Source of the DNA: Planctomycetaceae bacterium
Lineage (GTDB): Bacteria; Planctomycetota; Planctomycetia; Pirellulales; Pirellulaceae
Assembly (NCBI GenBank): GCA_002717145.1
Contig: PBCP01000084.1
Span: forward strand, 21,604 to 85,603
Length of the DNA: 64,000 nucleotides
Reading direction: 5' to 3'
Positions within the stretch are counted from its first letter, which is position 1, and each line of letters opens with the position of its first letter. A model generated the notes under the pieces. The model was given only the letters and a program-made list of their open reading frames with translations, was not told where the DNA came from and made no database searches. This document shows positions 30,501 through 38,510 of this stretch, in pieces. The translations under genes were made by a program, and so were the position numbers.

Positions 30501-31894
30501 GGCCCGTCACCAAGGTCGAGGGGTGCGAGGCTAGTATTGTTTGCGGCATCCTTTAATACGTTGGTGGGACGTAAGGACTGATAGCAAGTGTTGATTAAGT
30601 GTCTCCATAATTGCACGTTTTGCGGCCTGTAGCCGTTTTCAAACGGGACGGCGGGGCCCCAGACACCAGATTGTGTGTGGCAACTCATGCAGTTGGTGCC
30701 TAAAAGGTTACCGGTGTCCCGAATTCGGCGATCAACACTAGCGCCGCGAGGTCGGTTCGTCAACCAGGCGTCTACCTGTCCAATATGGTCGTACAAGCCA
30801 TGACGAATTGCACGCCTTGGATCCTTGTAAGGAGCTGGCTGTACGCAACGAATCTCTAAATCGTAAGCAGGAGAGTTTGCCTCGACTCGAAGGAAATAAG
30901 TTTCACCAGGTATGAGTGTGCGATTAATCACTATGCGATGCTGTTCAGATTGTTGATGATTTCGCTCATTCTCATTTTTGCCTTTCGTATATTCTTCTAT
31001 TGGTAGCAAACGACCAGGCTTGTAACTGTGGAAACCCTTTTCAGCATCTTCCGGTTTCACTCGGTAAGCTCGTATTTGAGCTGCAACCTGCTGGTCTGGT
31101 ATGGAAAGGCAAACCGTCAATAGTCTGGTCTCAGTTCCCGTGAAGTCAATTCGATACCAATCGTCGCCACTGCGTCCAAAATCGCCATTGTCAAAATACT
31201 CGATATCATCTGCGCTACCTAGGACAGAAAAAACATGTTCTGCATTATTTCCGTCGAGGCGGATTGGTTGGGCAAGTTCAGGAGTATCATTTGGTTCCAA
31301 TTCAATACCGGTATTGGTTCCCAATTCATAGGGTACCGGTAATTCTTTGAATCGATAGGCCACATTGACTTTTGCATTATCTGGCCAGATGACAGTGGTC
31401 GGTGGTGCATCGGTTTTACGAACATTGCCAGGTTCACGCCAACGGGCAGTGCTATGGATTGCAAACTCTTCTTCGGCTGCGTCGACTGTCAATCGATAGA
31501 GTCCCTTAGTCGGCGCACGGTAGTTTAGATATACATCGGGGTCATGTGAGTGCAATACTTTTGACCAATTTGCAGTCGGGGTTGTGTAAATACCATAGGC
31601 ATCAGCGGCGCGGGTTACGGGCTCGTTGTCGTCACGGCCCCGCGGTTCTGTCGCGGGATCGTCCGCTTTAATTAGTTTGAATTCGACTCGAATCCTTGCA
31701 TTAGGAAATAGAGTTGATGGCGCAACAATACGGACGGTTGTTTCAAAAGTTGTGCCGGTGTCGAGATGCAAATCGTGGCTGATGCCCGACGAGGCACTCA
31801 CGAGTCCGGTTTCGTCAAGCGAAAGATCGCCAGCCTGGACGAAATGATTAGCAAAGAATGAAATCGTAATGACGCAAAGGTGTAGAGTTCGCAT
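27518..31894 (-). CDS. Giant secreted two-heme protein with PPC-like, prenyltransferase-like and HEAT repeat regions
   Basis: 1458-aa ORF with signal peptide MRTLHLCVITISFFANHFVQAGD. LEPNDTPELAQPI..DDWYRIDF is a pre-peptidase-C-terminal-like region. CMSCH lies at 30677-30691. QLSDGGWGFNPG is a squalene-cyclase/prenyltransferase-type repeat. HEAT-like segments are VRYYAALTLGAV..DESKQVREAAHWAMRQ. CMICH at 27818-27832 sits in a planctomycete-cytochrome-like C-terminus. Confidence 0.88.
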   Translation of the reverse strand: MRTLHLCVITISFFANHFVQAGDLSLDETGLVSASSGISHDLHLDTGTTFETTVRIVAPSTLFPNARIRVEFKLIKADDPATEPRGRDDNEPVTRAADAYGIYTTPTANWSKVLHSHDPDVYLNYRAPTKGLYRLTVDAAEEEFAIHSTARWREPGNVRKTDAPPTTVIWPDNAKVNVAYRFKELPVPYELGTNTGIELEPNDTPELAQPIRLDGNNAEHVFSVLGSADDIEYFDNGDFGRSGDDWYRIDFTGTETRLLTVCLSIPDQQVAAQIRAYRVKPEDAEKGFHSYKPGRLLPIEEYTKGKNENERNHQQSEQHRIVINRTLIPGETYFLRVEANSPAYDLEIRCVQPAPYKDPRRAIRHGLYDHIGQVDAWLTNRPRGASVDRRIRDTGNLLGTNCMSCHTQSGVWGPAVPFENGYRPQNVQLWRHLINTCYQSLRPTNVLKDAANNTSLAPLDLGDGPAGTRVAGHALVALERVTPPRKLQSKQQFRTANFILQSADPGGINAAGPGANVGQGVVYNYTGEILANAWEKQQEVRFFRALEEKATKMLGINVKYADDLGHRIEFYKRYFPSDYVAQATKIANEGKDAVKRDEWIAKAVELQDKIDKQVDADLERLFQTQLSDGGWGFNPGTLSDGKWSTPDGTTSDPSPTSTSLLAFHALGLPADHPVVKATIDNLLRNQKPTGMWKIASQTGFVSTSYALNALSRYFPEEPYLIDPSNYSIEENASISDIVTTLRRIYVDATPETAIIAAPFTSHPVAVVRYYAALTLGAVHESTYVNRLVDLLNDESKQVREAAHWAMRQTLIDDEGWPEILAAAKNGDDYTREAALRSLVMLVDSEMPDSSLDHTQLTETLDHALNDDRHPAVRSWATRSAWQWWVWNPVTRDSINKSWIKLLSRPESEALTELALRYQSHALFVVNGHIANGSREHQYKELSNLFVELRGLREESKTSDAATFNRLTERLVAIASTFHKQRGGDGGPGQLGYTTTFADDLFGAAVIDHLASIEKNNPNDYGPKFLATIEGSANIPNEDLQEILVDLSINGPEHIRPLASESISDPRLVSLIAVPEQLEPMIAQLWRGAMDPPRRKELSEPILKMFAKVRWIIPQSEEQKDEILHFLIPDLTQYLTEAEINAIADDAKKAEATKLRDAIWYVADRLGQAVAENPDLHFENLVNAFPQEIQNHAHARYWMQSVPWILEYKTKLPEVVKDPKALPPVDPYEELRTRALTVFLDQLSDKADKRTRQLGVDLANRTSMKRNPEILVALEALRAFETDKKVIENANKVLSQSQGAFKKSLLEAVTKEPDHGFDDEGGVVQIPDEFYNDVVYFRDYVMPEMTKVLRGDERSCMICHGEPGRVPSLELYPPDQVGFLSVEQLLINYRILQHRVNIEDVMNSKLIRKPLNVQSGKEDGHQGGRRYQPNDPGYLILKKWVDNQVNIQTAYGLPERNKK

Positions 31895-31985
31895 GATGAT
31901 TTAGGGGATATGTCGAATGGTAAATCGTGATTCTTAATCTAACTATTATACGAAAAAGCAGGCAAGCCGGTGGGTGAGCGTGATA

Positions 31986-32648
31986 TTACTTTAGAAGCAA
32001 AACAACCACGATTAGGGCCATAGATAGAGTGGCCGTTATGAAAATACTGGACCAAAACCGGTGGTGCAAGGATACTGTGTTCTGAATAGACGTCGTTGAC
32101 GCCTCTGTATTCGTGCGTATCACCCTAATGAGTATGCTTAGGGGATAAAGCATAAAAATTACAGATGCTATTAGGCTGTTCGCATGAATAATTGACGACA
32201 ATTCGCCTTCGAGTTGCTGAACTCTGGCGTCGTTCAAGACGGTAAAGAGCAGTATGAAAGCAGACGAGAATGCTGCGGCGATGACAAATCGCATGCGACT
32301 AAACGCAGTTGCAATTCCCTCGAGTTGGCATGAAGGATTGCTGCCTTCACTGCTTGGTAGAGGTCCTTCATCGCTGGCGTTTAGTGGGACATCCGGATTG
32401 TTCGCTGGCTCATCGTCCTGCGTTTTAGCGATTGTCTTTAAATCTCCCGGTTGGGAATCAGGGAATGCGAGCATCGCTGGTTTCCAGGATCCAAGATCAC
32501 CGTGGCGTACCAGGCTAGCATTGGCCTGGTGCAAAGGTTCTCTTAGAACTTCGCTTAGTTCGTTAAATTCATAAGGGCCGGATACGTTGCCCTGATAATC
32601 CTTGAGGTACCACATGAAGTAATCGCCGTCTAAAAGAATATGCGTCAT
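31986..32648 (-). CDS. GYF-domain membrane protein
   Basis: The N-terminal segment WYLKDYQGNVSGPYEFNELSEVL is a GYF_2-like motif. A low-complexity linker follows, then three hydrophobic helices (FVIAAAFSSAFILLFTVL, LIASVIFMLYPLSILI, IFITATLSMALIVVVLLL). Confidence 0.65.
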   Translation of the reverse strand: MTHILLDGDYFMWYLKDYQGNVSGPYEFNELSEVLREPLHQANASLVRHGDLGSWKPAMLAFPDSQPGDLKTIAKTQDDEPANNPDVPLNASDEGPLPSSEGSNPSCQLEGIATAFSRMRFVIAAAFSSAFILLFTVLNDARVQQLEGELSSIIHANSLIASVIFMLYPLSILIRVIRTNTEASTTSIQNTVSLHHRFWSSIFITATLSMALIVVVLLLK

Positions 32649-32737
32649 GGAATCATAGGTTCGAGTGCGGATATTATCCTAAAATGAAGCTCTTTGGTGA
32701 AGAGTCTATAGAGACTAGAAAGAATGTGAGTTACTAA

Positions 32738-34087
32738 ATGCCTACTCAAAAAAGAATCCCGTTTTTCCGTGGTTCGTATAGCCCTGACCTATTACAACAG
32801 CGTCGCCGCCAGATTGCAGCGTCGCTATCGTCCGACGAAATCGCACTTTTTATCGGCGCTCCCGCTACCGGTGCATTTGATATGTTCCGGCAATACAACG
32901 ACTTTTATTATTTGACAGGAACAGAAGTCCCGCACAGTTACCTCGTGATACAGGGCCAGACCGGGAGGAGTACGTTGTTTCTCGAACCGCTGGATCCCCG
33001 CATGGAAAAAAGTGAAGGCCCGATCCTGAGTCTTGCTGATGGAGAGTACATTAGGAACAAAACTGGAATCGAAGGCGTTTCACCTAGGGCTGAATTGGCC
33101 GAATTGTGTAGGGAAGCCAATAAAGTATTTTTACCCAATGAGAACCAAGAAGGAGCCCAAGCATGTCAGGATACTATCAGGCATGAACTTCACAGCCGGT
33201 CTTTGGATCCATTTGATGTACATAAGTCCCGTCAGTACATGGTCTTGCGGCAACTTGGTTTAGAGCCTAGTAATACTGGAGATTTAACGGACCTCTTGGT
33301 TACGATGCGGCGACTCAAGGATGAAGAAGAGATTGCATGGATGGTTAAGGCCGGTCAAATCACCGCAGCAGCTGTGAATTTGGCAATGCAGGCGACCAAA
33401 GCTGGTCTTTACGAATACCAGCTAGGGGCAATCGCTGATGCCGTGTTTCTAGCTGCTGGGTCGGCAAGGGGAGGTTACAGGCCAATTATTGCGTGTGGCG
33501 AGAATATCTGGAATGCTCACTATTTTAGAAATAATTGCCAACTACGTGACGGAGAGCTAGTGATTATGGACTATGCTCCGGACCTACACTACTACACTAG
33601 CGACATCGGGCGAATGTGGCCGGTTAGTGGAGTATATACGGAGGTTCAGCGCGAGCTTTACGGCTTCATCGTCGAGTACCACAAGATACTGTTAAGTTTG
33701 ATCGCGCCTGGTAAGACTCCGGAAGAAGTTCATGCTCAAGCTAAACAACAAGGGCAAGCGTTAGTGGATGACTGGCGGTGGTCTAAGGATATTTACAGGC
33801 AGGCTGCTGATAAGGTGCTTGATTTCAGTGGTCACTGTTCGCATACCGTGGGAATGGCCGTGCATGACAACGGGAAATATTTTGGGGAGCCAATGCAGCC
33901 AGGATTGGTTTTTGCATTAGATCCACAAATGTGGGTGCCTGAAGAAAATCTTTACATCAGGGTAGAGGATACGATTGTTATCACGGAGGAGGGGTTCATC
34001 AACATGACATCAGACGCTGTGTTCGAACTTGATGACGTTGAATCTCTGATGAAGACGACACCTGATTTCAAATCGCTGGGAATATAG
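32738..34087 (+). CDS. M24B metallopeptidase (Xaa-Pro aminopeptidase-like)
   Basis: Pita-bread-fold metal-ligand blocks: VIMDYAPDLHYYTSDIGRMWPVSG, GHCSHTVGMAVHD, VFALDPQMW and IRVEDTIVITEEG. Confidence 0.88.
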   Translation: MPTQKRIPFFRGSYSPDLLQQRRRQIAASLSSDEIALFIGAPATGAFDMFRQYNDFYYLTGTEVPHSYLVIQGQTGRSTLFLEPLDPRMEKSEGPILSLADGEYIRNKTGIEGVSPRAELAELCREANKVFLPNENQEGAQACQDTIRHELHSRSLDPFDVHKSRQYMVLRQLGLEPSNTGDLTDLLVTMRRLKDEEEIAWMVKAGQITAAAVNLAMQATKAGLYEYQLGAIADAVFLAAGSARGGYRPIIACGENIWNAHYFRNNCQLRDGELVIMDYAPDLHYYTSDIGRMWPVSGVYTEVQRELYGFIVEYHKILLSLIAPGKTPEEVHAQAKQQGQALVDDWRWSKDIYRQAADKVLDFSGHCSHTVGMAVHDNGKYFGEPMQPGLVFALDPQMWVPEENLYIRVEDTIVITEEGFINMTSDAVFELDDVESLMKTTPDFKSLGI

Positions 34088-34100
34088 AGGATCGCTATCA

Positions 34101-35342
34101 ATGATCGAGAGTAAAGCGATTCCGTTTTATGTAGTCATGGGCCTGGTAGTTGCTTGGTACTGTTCGCATGCATTCGGTATCAGGCCGTTAGCGCAAAACT
34201 ACCACACCATTAAACCGGCGTTAGTATCGTGGCATAACCAAACGACTCCCAGTCCTTGGTACGGACACAACATTGAGTTAAATTCGGAAGGCTTAGTAGT
34301 GAGTCGCCCGCCTGTGAGTTGGGATCTGTTTGTTGAATTGGTTATCTTAATTAGCGGTGGACTGTACTATCTGCAAATTGAAACCGACAGGTCCAAAAGT
34401 CGGAATGTAGTGCTCATCATCAGGGCGACTGGAGTGTCTCTGGGTTTTGTAGGAATGGGGATCTTGCTTGAATCTCGACATAGCAGTACCACTATCGTTC
34501 CCGCTAACGCATTACTGGTGTGGTTGGGGATACTCATGATTTTTGGACGGGCCATTCTGTTCTTACCTGTTGGAAAAGTTCGCTACCTAGTACCGTTCGC
34601 TTTGCTGTTTTTGTTACTTCATTGGACGGCGATGGAATATGGTTTTGGTGATCCTGAGACGAGCAAGTTGAATGATGACTCCTTAGTAGAAACCGATTCC
34701 AATGATGTTATTGAGCCGTTATCGGTATGGGACTACGATTCGGGGATTGTTGATCGAGTGCGAGGTGCGATAAATAGAATTTTGCCGATGTCAGTTAGAA
34801 ACAGTGGCTTAGGCGGCGATTATGTGAATTATAGCGCTTTTAATTTAGTTGCCTACGCCGGGCTATATTTAATAGGGATGGCTGTAGCGTCTCTGAGTCT
34901 GACAGAGGGGAATAATTTGAAGTTGGCAGGAAAACTCTTAGTACTATCGCTTTCTTTTTGGGTAGCCAGTGTACTCGTTCAAGGGCTAGGTATCCCGGCC
35001 GTCCCTCGGCTTGCTTCGGCTACGCATATTTTGCTTGCAGCGTCACTCGGATGTGGGTTGTTAATGCTAAGTTCAATATTAACCAGCCTAAAGCATTTAA
35101 GGTCAGTGCTGATGCCACTGACCGCGATGGGGACGGCTAGCGCATTAATGTATGTGCTGGAGCGTACGTTGGGGGTAGCTTTTAGAACTGAAGTGGATAA
35201 GCACGCAGAACCATTTTTAGAGCCTTTGTTCGGCGAAGCCTGGCTAAAATGGGAACCAATCGTTTTTTACAATTTAGTTTTTCTTATATTCTCGGCGGCT
35301 TGCATCTATTGCTATCGGAAGCGAATCCATTTCAGGCTCTAA
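34101..35342 (+). CDS. Polytopic membrane protein, unknown function
   Basis: 413-aa ORF 13 nt after the peptidase gene, with roughly 9-10 hydrophobic segments. I recognise no motif. Confidence 0.65.
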   Translation: MIESKAIPFYVVMGLVVAWYCSHAFGIRPLAQNYHTIKPALVSWHNQTTPSPWYGHNIELNSEGLVVSRPPVSWDLFVELVILISGGLYYLQIETDRSKSRNVVLIIRATGVSLGFVGMGILLESRHSSTTIVPANALLVWLGILMIFGRAILFLPVGKVRYLVPFALLFLLLHWTAMEYGFGDPETSKLNDDSLVETDSNDVIEPLSVWDYDSGIVDRVRGAINRILPMSVRNSGLGGDYVNYSAFNLVAYAGLYLIGMAVASLSLTEGNNLKLAGKLLVLSLSFWVASVLVQGLGIPAVPRLASATHILLAASLGCGLLMLSSILTSLKHLRSVLMPLTAMGTASALMYVLERTLGVAFRTEVDKHAEPFLEPLFGEAWLKWEPIVFYNLVFLIFSAACIYCYRKRIHFRL

Positions 35343-35351
35343 GTTTTACGC

Positions 35352-36752
35352 TTACACAGCGAGTGGTGTGATCGTCGGCGTTTCTTCAATTAGGCGTATT
35401 AATTCGACCGGAAACTGCGATTGAAGTCGTAATTCGCCAATGTCAAAAAACGTCTTGAGTACGGTCCCTAGAAGATGCTTAGGCTCGTAGGCTTTACTAA
35501 GAGGCTCGCCGGCCTGACGGTCACTTTGACCAATCACCTGCCCGGATTTGATCCCAGCGCCTGCCATGAGCAGAGTCGTCAGGTTACCCCAATGGTCACG
35601 ACCACCATTTTTATTGAGCCTTGGTGTTCTTCCCATCTCTCCCGTAACGATTAGAAGTACTTTATCTTGCAGGCCGCGTTGATATAGATCGTTGATAAAA
35701 GCTGCAACAGCGTGATCTACCTGCCGTGACATTGCCGGGAAGGCTGCCATGTTTTTAGGGCTGTTTCCATTGGCATGGTGATCCCAGCCACAATCGGATA
35801 CGGTGACAAAGCCACACCCACGCTCAACAAGGCGACGCGCTAAGAGCATTTGGTGGCCAAGCAGATTGGAAGTGCGTCGCAGATCTCCGTAGCGATTCAT
35901 GGCGCTCATCCTAAAATGATGCGTCGTGTCATATGCTTTTAGGGTTTTAGTCGACTCCTGTTGTAAATCAAATGCATCAGCAACCCCCTGAGCGATTACA
36001 TCAAACGCTTGCTGTTGGAATTTACTGGCTCCCTCAAGCATTCCGGTGGTGTCAGCAAAACGACGGACTTGATCTAACCGCGACAAGAGTGAACGCCTAT
36101 CGGTGAAACGCGATGGCGAAATTTTCAAATCCAAATTGTCTTTAAGCTCACTCCCGCCTGCTGGGTCGAAGGCTTTGTAGTTGCGGCCAAGAGTGCCTGG
36201 AGCAGTTAACCCCGGAAGTGCATTGGTTTCGAAGTTGTTGCCCAGTTTTAGTTCCGGCTGAACTGCTTCCGGCTTTACTAATACATTGCTAGGGATACCG
36301 GTACCGGGATTGTTCGTTCCAGATATTCTTGAGTAAATCGAACTCATGGTGGCTTTAAATGGATTGCGCGCGCTGACAACATCCTGATACGTATGCCCGG
36401 AATTACGACTTTGATAGGACCGTAGAATCGTGAATTTATCAGTCATACCTGCCAATTGAGGGAAGGTAGAGCCGAAAGTGACTCCCGCAGTCGTGGTTTG
36501 AATTTCCCCGGTTATACTACGTATTTCCGGGGGCGCGGTCATCTTCGGGTCAAAGAATTCTATGTGCGATGGGCCGCCTTGCAAAAATAACAAAACGACC
36601 GCTCGGTCTTTAATATACCCGGGGTGTTCACGGGCGGCCAAGAGACTGGGAAGCGTCATGCACCCTAAACCTGCCCCTCCAATGCGCAAAAAATCGCGAC
36701 GGGTAAAGCCACCGCAAGTTTTGGTTAAATGAGGGTCGGTAATGGTGAGCAT
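35352..36752 (-). CDS. DUF1501 domain protein (Tat signal)
   Basis: Tat leader FTRRDFLRIGGAGLG, then VVLLFLQGGPSHIEFFDPK, VTGEMGRTPRLN and GRDHWGNLTT. It is a paralog of 16228-17568. Confidence 0.88.
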   Translation of the reverse strand: MLTITDPHLTKTCGGFTRRDFLRIGGAGLGCMTLPSLLAAREHPGYIKDRAVVLLFLQGGPSHIEFFDPKMTAPPEIRSITGEIQTTTAGVTFGSTFPQLAGMTDKFTILRSYQSRNSGHTYQDVVSARNPFKATMSSIYSRISGTNNPGTGIPSNVLVKPEAVQPELKLGNNFETNALPGLTAPGTLGRNYKAFDPAGGSELKDNLDLKISPSRFTDRRSLLSRLDQVRRFADTTGMLEGASKFQQQAFDVIAQGVADAFDLQQESTKTLKAYDTTHHFRMSAMNRYGDLRRTSNLLGHQMLLARRLVERGCGFVTVSDCGWDHHANGNSPKNMAAFPAMSRQVDHAVAAFINDLYQRGLQDKVLLIVTGEMGRTPRLNKNGGRDHWGNLTTLLMAGAGIKSGQVIGQSDRQAGEPLSKAYEPKHLLGTVLKTFFDIGELRLQSQFPVELIRLIEETPTITPLAV

Positions 36753-36945
36753 CGTGCTTGGGTCGCTCTTTGTCGGACGGCGATTCGATTGGTGTTATGT
36801 TATCAAATCCGTTGTGGTCCAGGGAATAGGTATTCAGGTAGTGGTGATACTTAAAACGCTCCTGGCAATCTCGTCTCAAGCGATAGGAACGAGAAAGGCC
36901 AAGAGCGTTTTCGTAGTGCTAATGGAAAAAAATGATAATGATTAT

Positions 36946-37143
36946 TTAATTCAGATGTTCGCCGTTGTTATGGAGGACACCTACTTCATCATGCGTTAAA
37001 AATGCCCAACGCCGCAGTTTTGGCATCCAAACCGCTAACGACTTCGGATGCGACCGGCGACGGAACTCGTCAGCGGTCCACTCGTTACGAATTTGTTGAC
37101 AGCGTTCTTTAATTTGTGCTGGAGTGGGATCAAGTCTGACCAT
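36946..37143 (-). CDS. Small hypothetical protein (65 aa)
   Basis: It has an ATG start with AAGGAG 8 nt upstream (37152-37157). It sits alone in a 600-nt gap and matches no family I recognise. The sequence begins MVRLDPTPAQIKERCQQIRNEWTADEFRRRS. Confidence 0.4.
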   Translation of the reverse strand: MVRLDPTPAQIKERCQQIRNEWTADEFRRRSHPKSLAVWMPKLRRWAFLTHDEVGVLHNNGEHLN

Positions 37144-37180
37144 TTCACACTCTCCTTTCGTAATTCGAACCGTAGTAGGT

Positions 37181-37216
37181 GTCGAAACAGCGTTTCGACC
37201 GTAATACAGTATTACG
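37181..37216. promoter_or_regulatory. Two abutting perfect palindromes (candidate operator pair or 5-prime UTR hairpins)
   Basis: GTCGAAAC-AGC-GTTTCGAC lies at 37181-37199 and is immediately followed by CGTAATAC-A-GTATTACG at 37200-37216. The pair sits 38-73 nt upstream of the small ORF start at 37143. Confidence 0.45.
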
Positions 37217-37353
37217 AGAGCAGATTGCGTGCCAATTGGTAAAAATCGACATGTCTAGGAAAACAACACGAGGGATTCCAAATTAGGTGGACCAAAAATG
37301 TACAAAAACACGTCATTTGTGGTATTTGTGTATCGAAATGATACAGAGTGTTT

Positions 37354-38508
37354 TTAACGCGGCGCGGAGTTTGGTAATTCCTGACTTTGCGGAATTTCGC
37401 TTAGATCGTTGAAAACGGCGTTGATGAATTCACGTTCAATCCTTTTAATTGCAGGATTGGCAAAGCCACCATGCCCACCGTCTTTCACGCGTATCAGGGC
37501 GGTAGGTAATGCTAGCTCTTTCATTGCTTCAAAGAGTATTTCAGATTGGTTGTAGGGTACCAGCCTGTCTTGATCACCATGGATACAGATTAAAGGCGGG
37601 TCATCAGAATCCAAGAAATTTGTCGGGTTTGCCTGACGAGTCTTATCTGGCACTGACTGAATGGATGCTCCGATTAACTGGGATTCAGGACTGTCCGCCA
37701 AGTTATGTTTAATTTGAGAGGGAAAGTCGTCCATCCGCAGGAAGTCGGTTGGACCATAATAACTAATGGCACCGGAGACAGTCGATGGTTGCGTTAGGTG
37801 ATTGCCAACGTCACCTTGTAGTTCTTCCTGATTGCCGGTTACCGCAATCATGGAGGCTAAATGCCCTCCGGCTGACGTTCCCAATACGATTATTCGTTTT
37901 GTGTCAATTTTGTATTTTCGTGCGTTTGCGTGTAGAAACCGAACTGCCGCTTTACAGTCGTATAGCTGGGCCGGCCACTTTGCCTCGCCTGACAAGCGAT
38001 AGCCGACACTAACGCCGACATATTTTTGCGAATCAACATAGGCACGCAAATGGGGATGACCTTGAGATTTATTACCTGACCGCCATCCGCCGCCATGCAC
38101 AAAGATCAGGCAAGGCCTAGGGGCTATAGATGCCTGTTTGGGGAGTAGTAGATCGAGTGTTTGGCGAGGGTTGTCATTGTCGGCGTAGGAGAGCGTTTGA
38201 ATAGTAAAATCTGGGCGGCGTTGCTGATATAGCGTTTCGTCTTCCCGTGCGGAAATTTTGCCGTCTCTATTTATATCGAGACGACCAAGCAATGTTTTGG
38301 GAACGCCAGTTAGTTCATCGCCCTCCAACACGCCATTCATGTTTTTGTCTCGGCGTACAAATTCAGGAGAAGGCTCGCCCAAAACTTCGGAATATATACA
38401 GAGCGTAAAACAGACTAGCGGCCCTAGAATTACTTGCAGTTTGGCAAATGGTGTTATGATGTTAATTAGCATAGTCGATAGATTTAGCTCGCTTTTAGGA
38501 ACTGTCAT
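37354..38508 (-). CDS. Alpha/beta hydrolase (esterase/lipase-like) with N-terminal EF-hand pair
   Basis: HGGGW oxyanion block (IFVHGGGWRSG), nucleophile elbow VLGTSAGGHLAS, and C-terminal IHGDQDRLVP and DGGHGG. Two 12-residue EF-hand loops are DKNMNGVLEGDE and DINRDGKISARE. An alternative start at ATG 38472 gives a cleaner signal peptide. Confidence 0.85.
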   Translation of the reverse strand: MTVPKSELNLSTMLINIITPFAKLQVILGPLVCFTLCIYSEVLGEPSPEFVRRDKNMNGVLEGDELTGVPKTLLGRLDINRDGKISAREDETLYQQRRPDFTIQTLSYADNDNPRQTLDLLLPKQASIAPRPCLIFVHGGGWRSGNKSQGHPHLRAYVDSQKYVGVSVGYRLSGEAKWPAQLYDCKAAVRFLHANARKYKIDTKRIIVLGTSAGGHLASMIAVTGNQEELQGDVGNHLTQPSTVSGAISYYGPTDFLRMDDFPSQIKHNLADSPESQLIGASIQSVPDKTRQANPTNFLDSDDPPLICIHGDQDRLVPYNQSEILFEAMKELALPTALIRVKDGGHGGFANPAIKRIEREFINAVFNDLSEIPQSQELPNSAPR

Positions 38509-38510
38509 AG

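Noticed and set aside
32649-32737. A GGTTCGAG T-arm-like string that suggested a tRNA.
   Set aside because: No acceptor stem, D-arm or anticodon arm can be folded around it. The spacer is only 89 nt and serves as a divergent promoter region.
36742-36999. An 85-aa plus-strand ORF in the 600-nt gap.
   Set aside because: It overlaps the DUF1501 start on the opposite strand and the 3-prime end of the better-supported minus-strand small ORF. It has no SD and a hydrophobic, low-information sequence.
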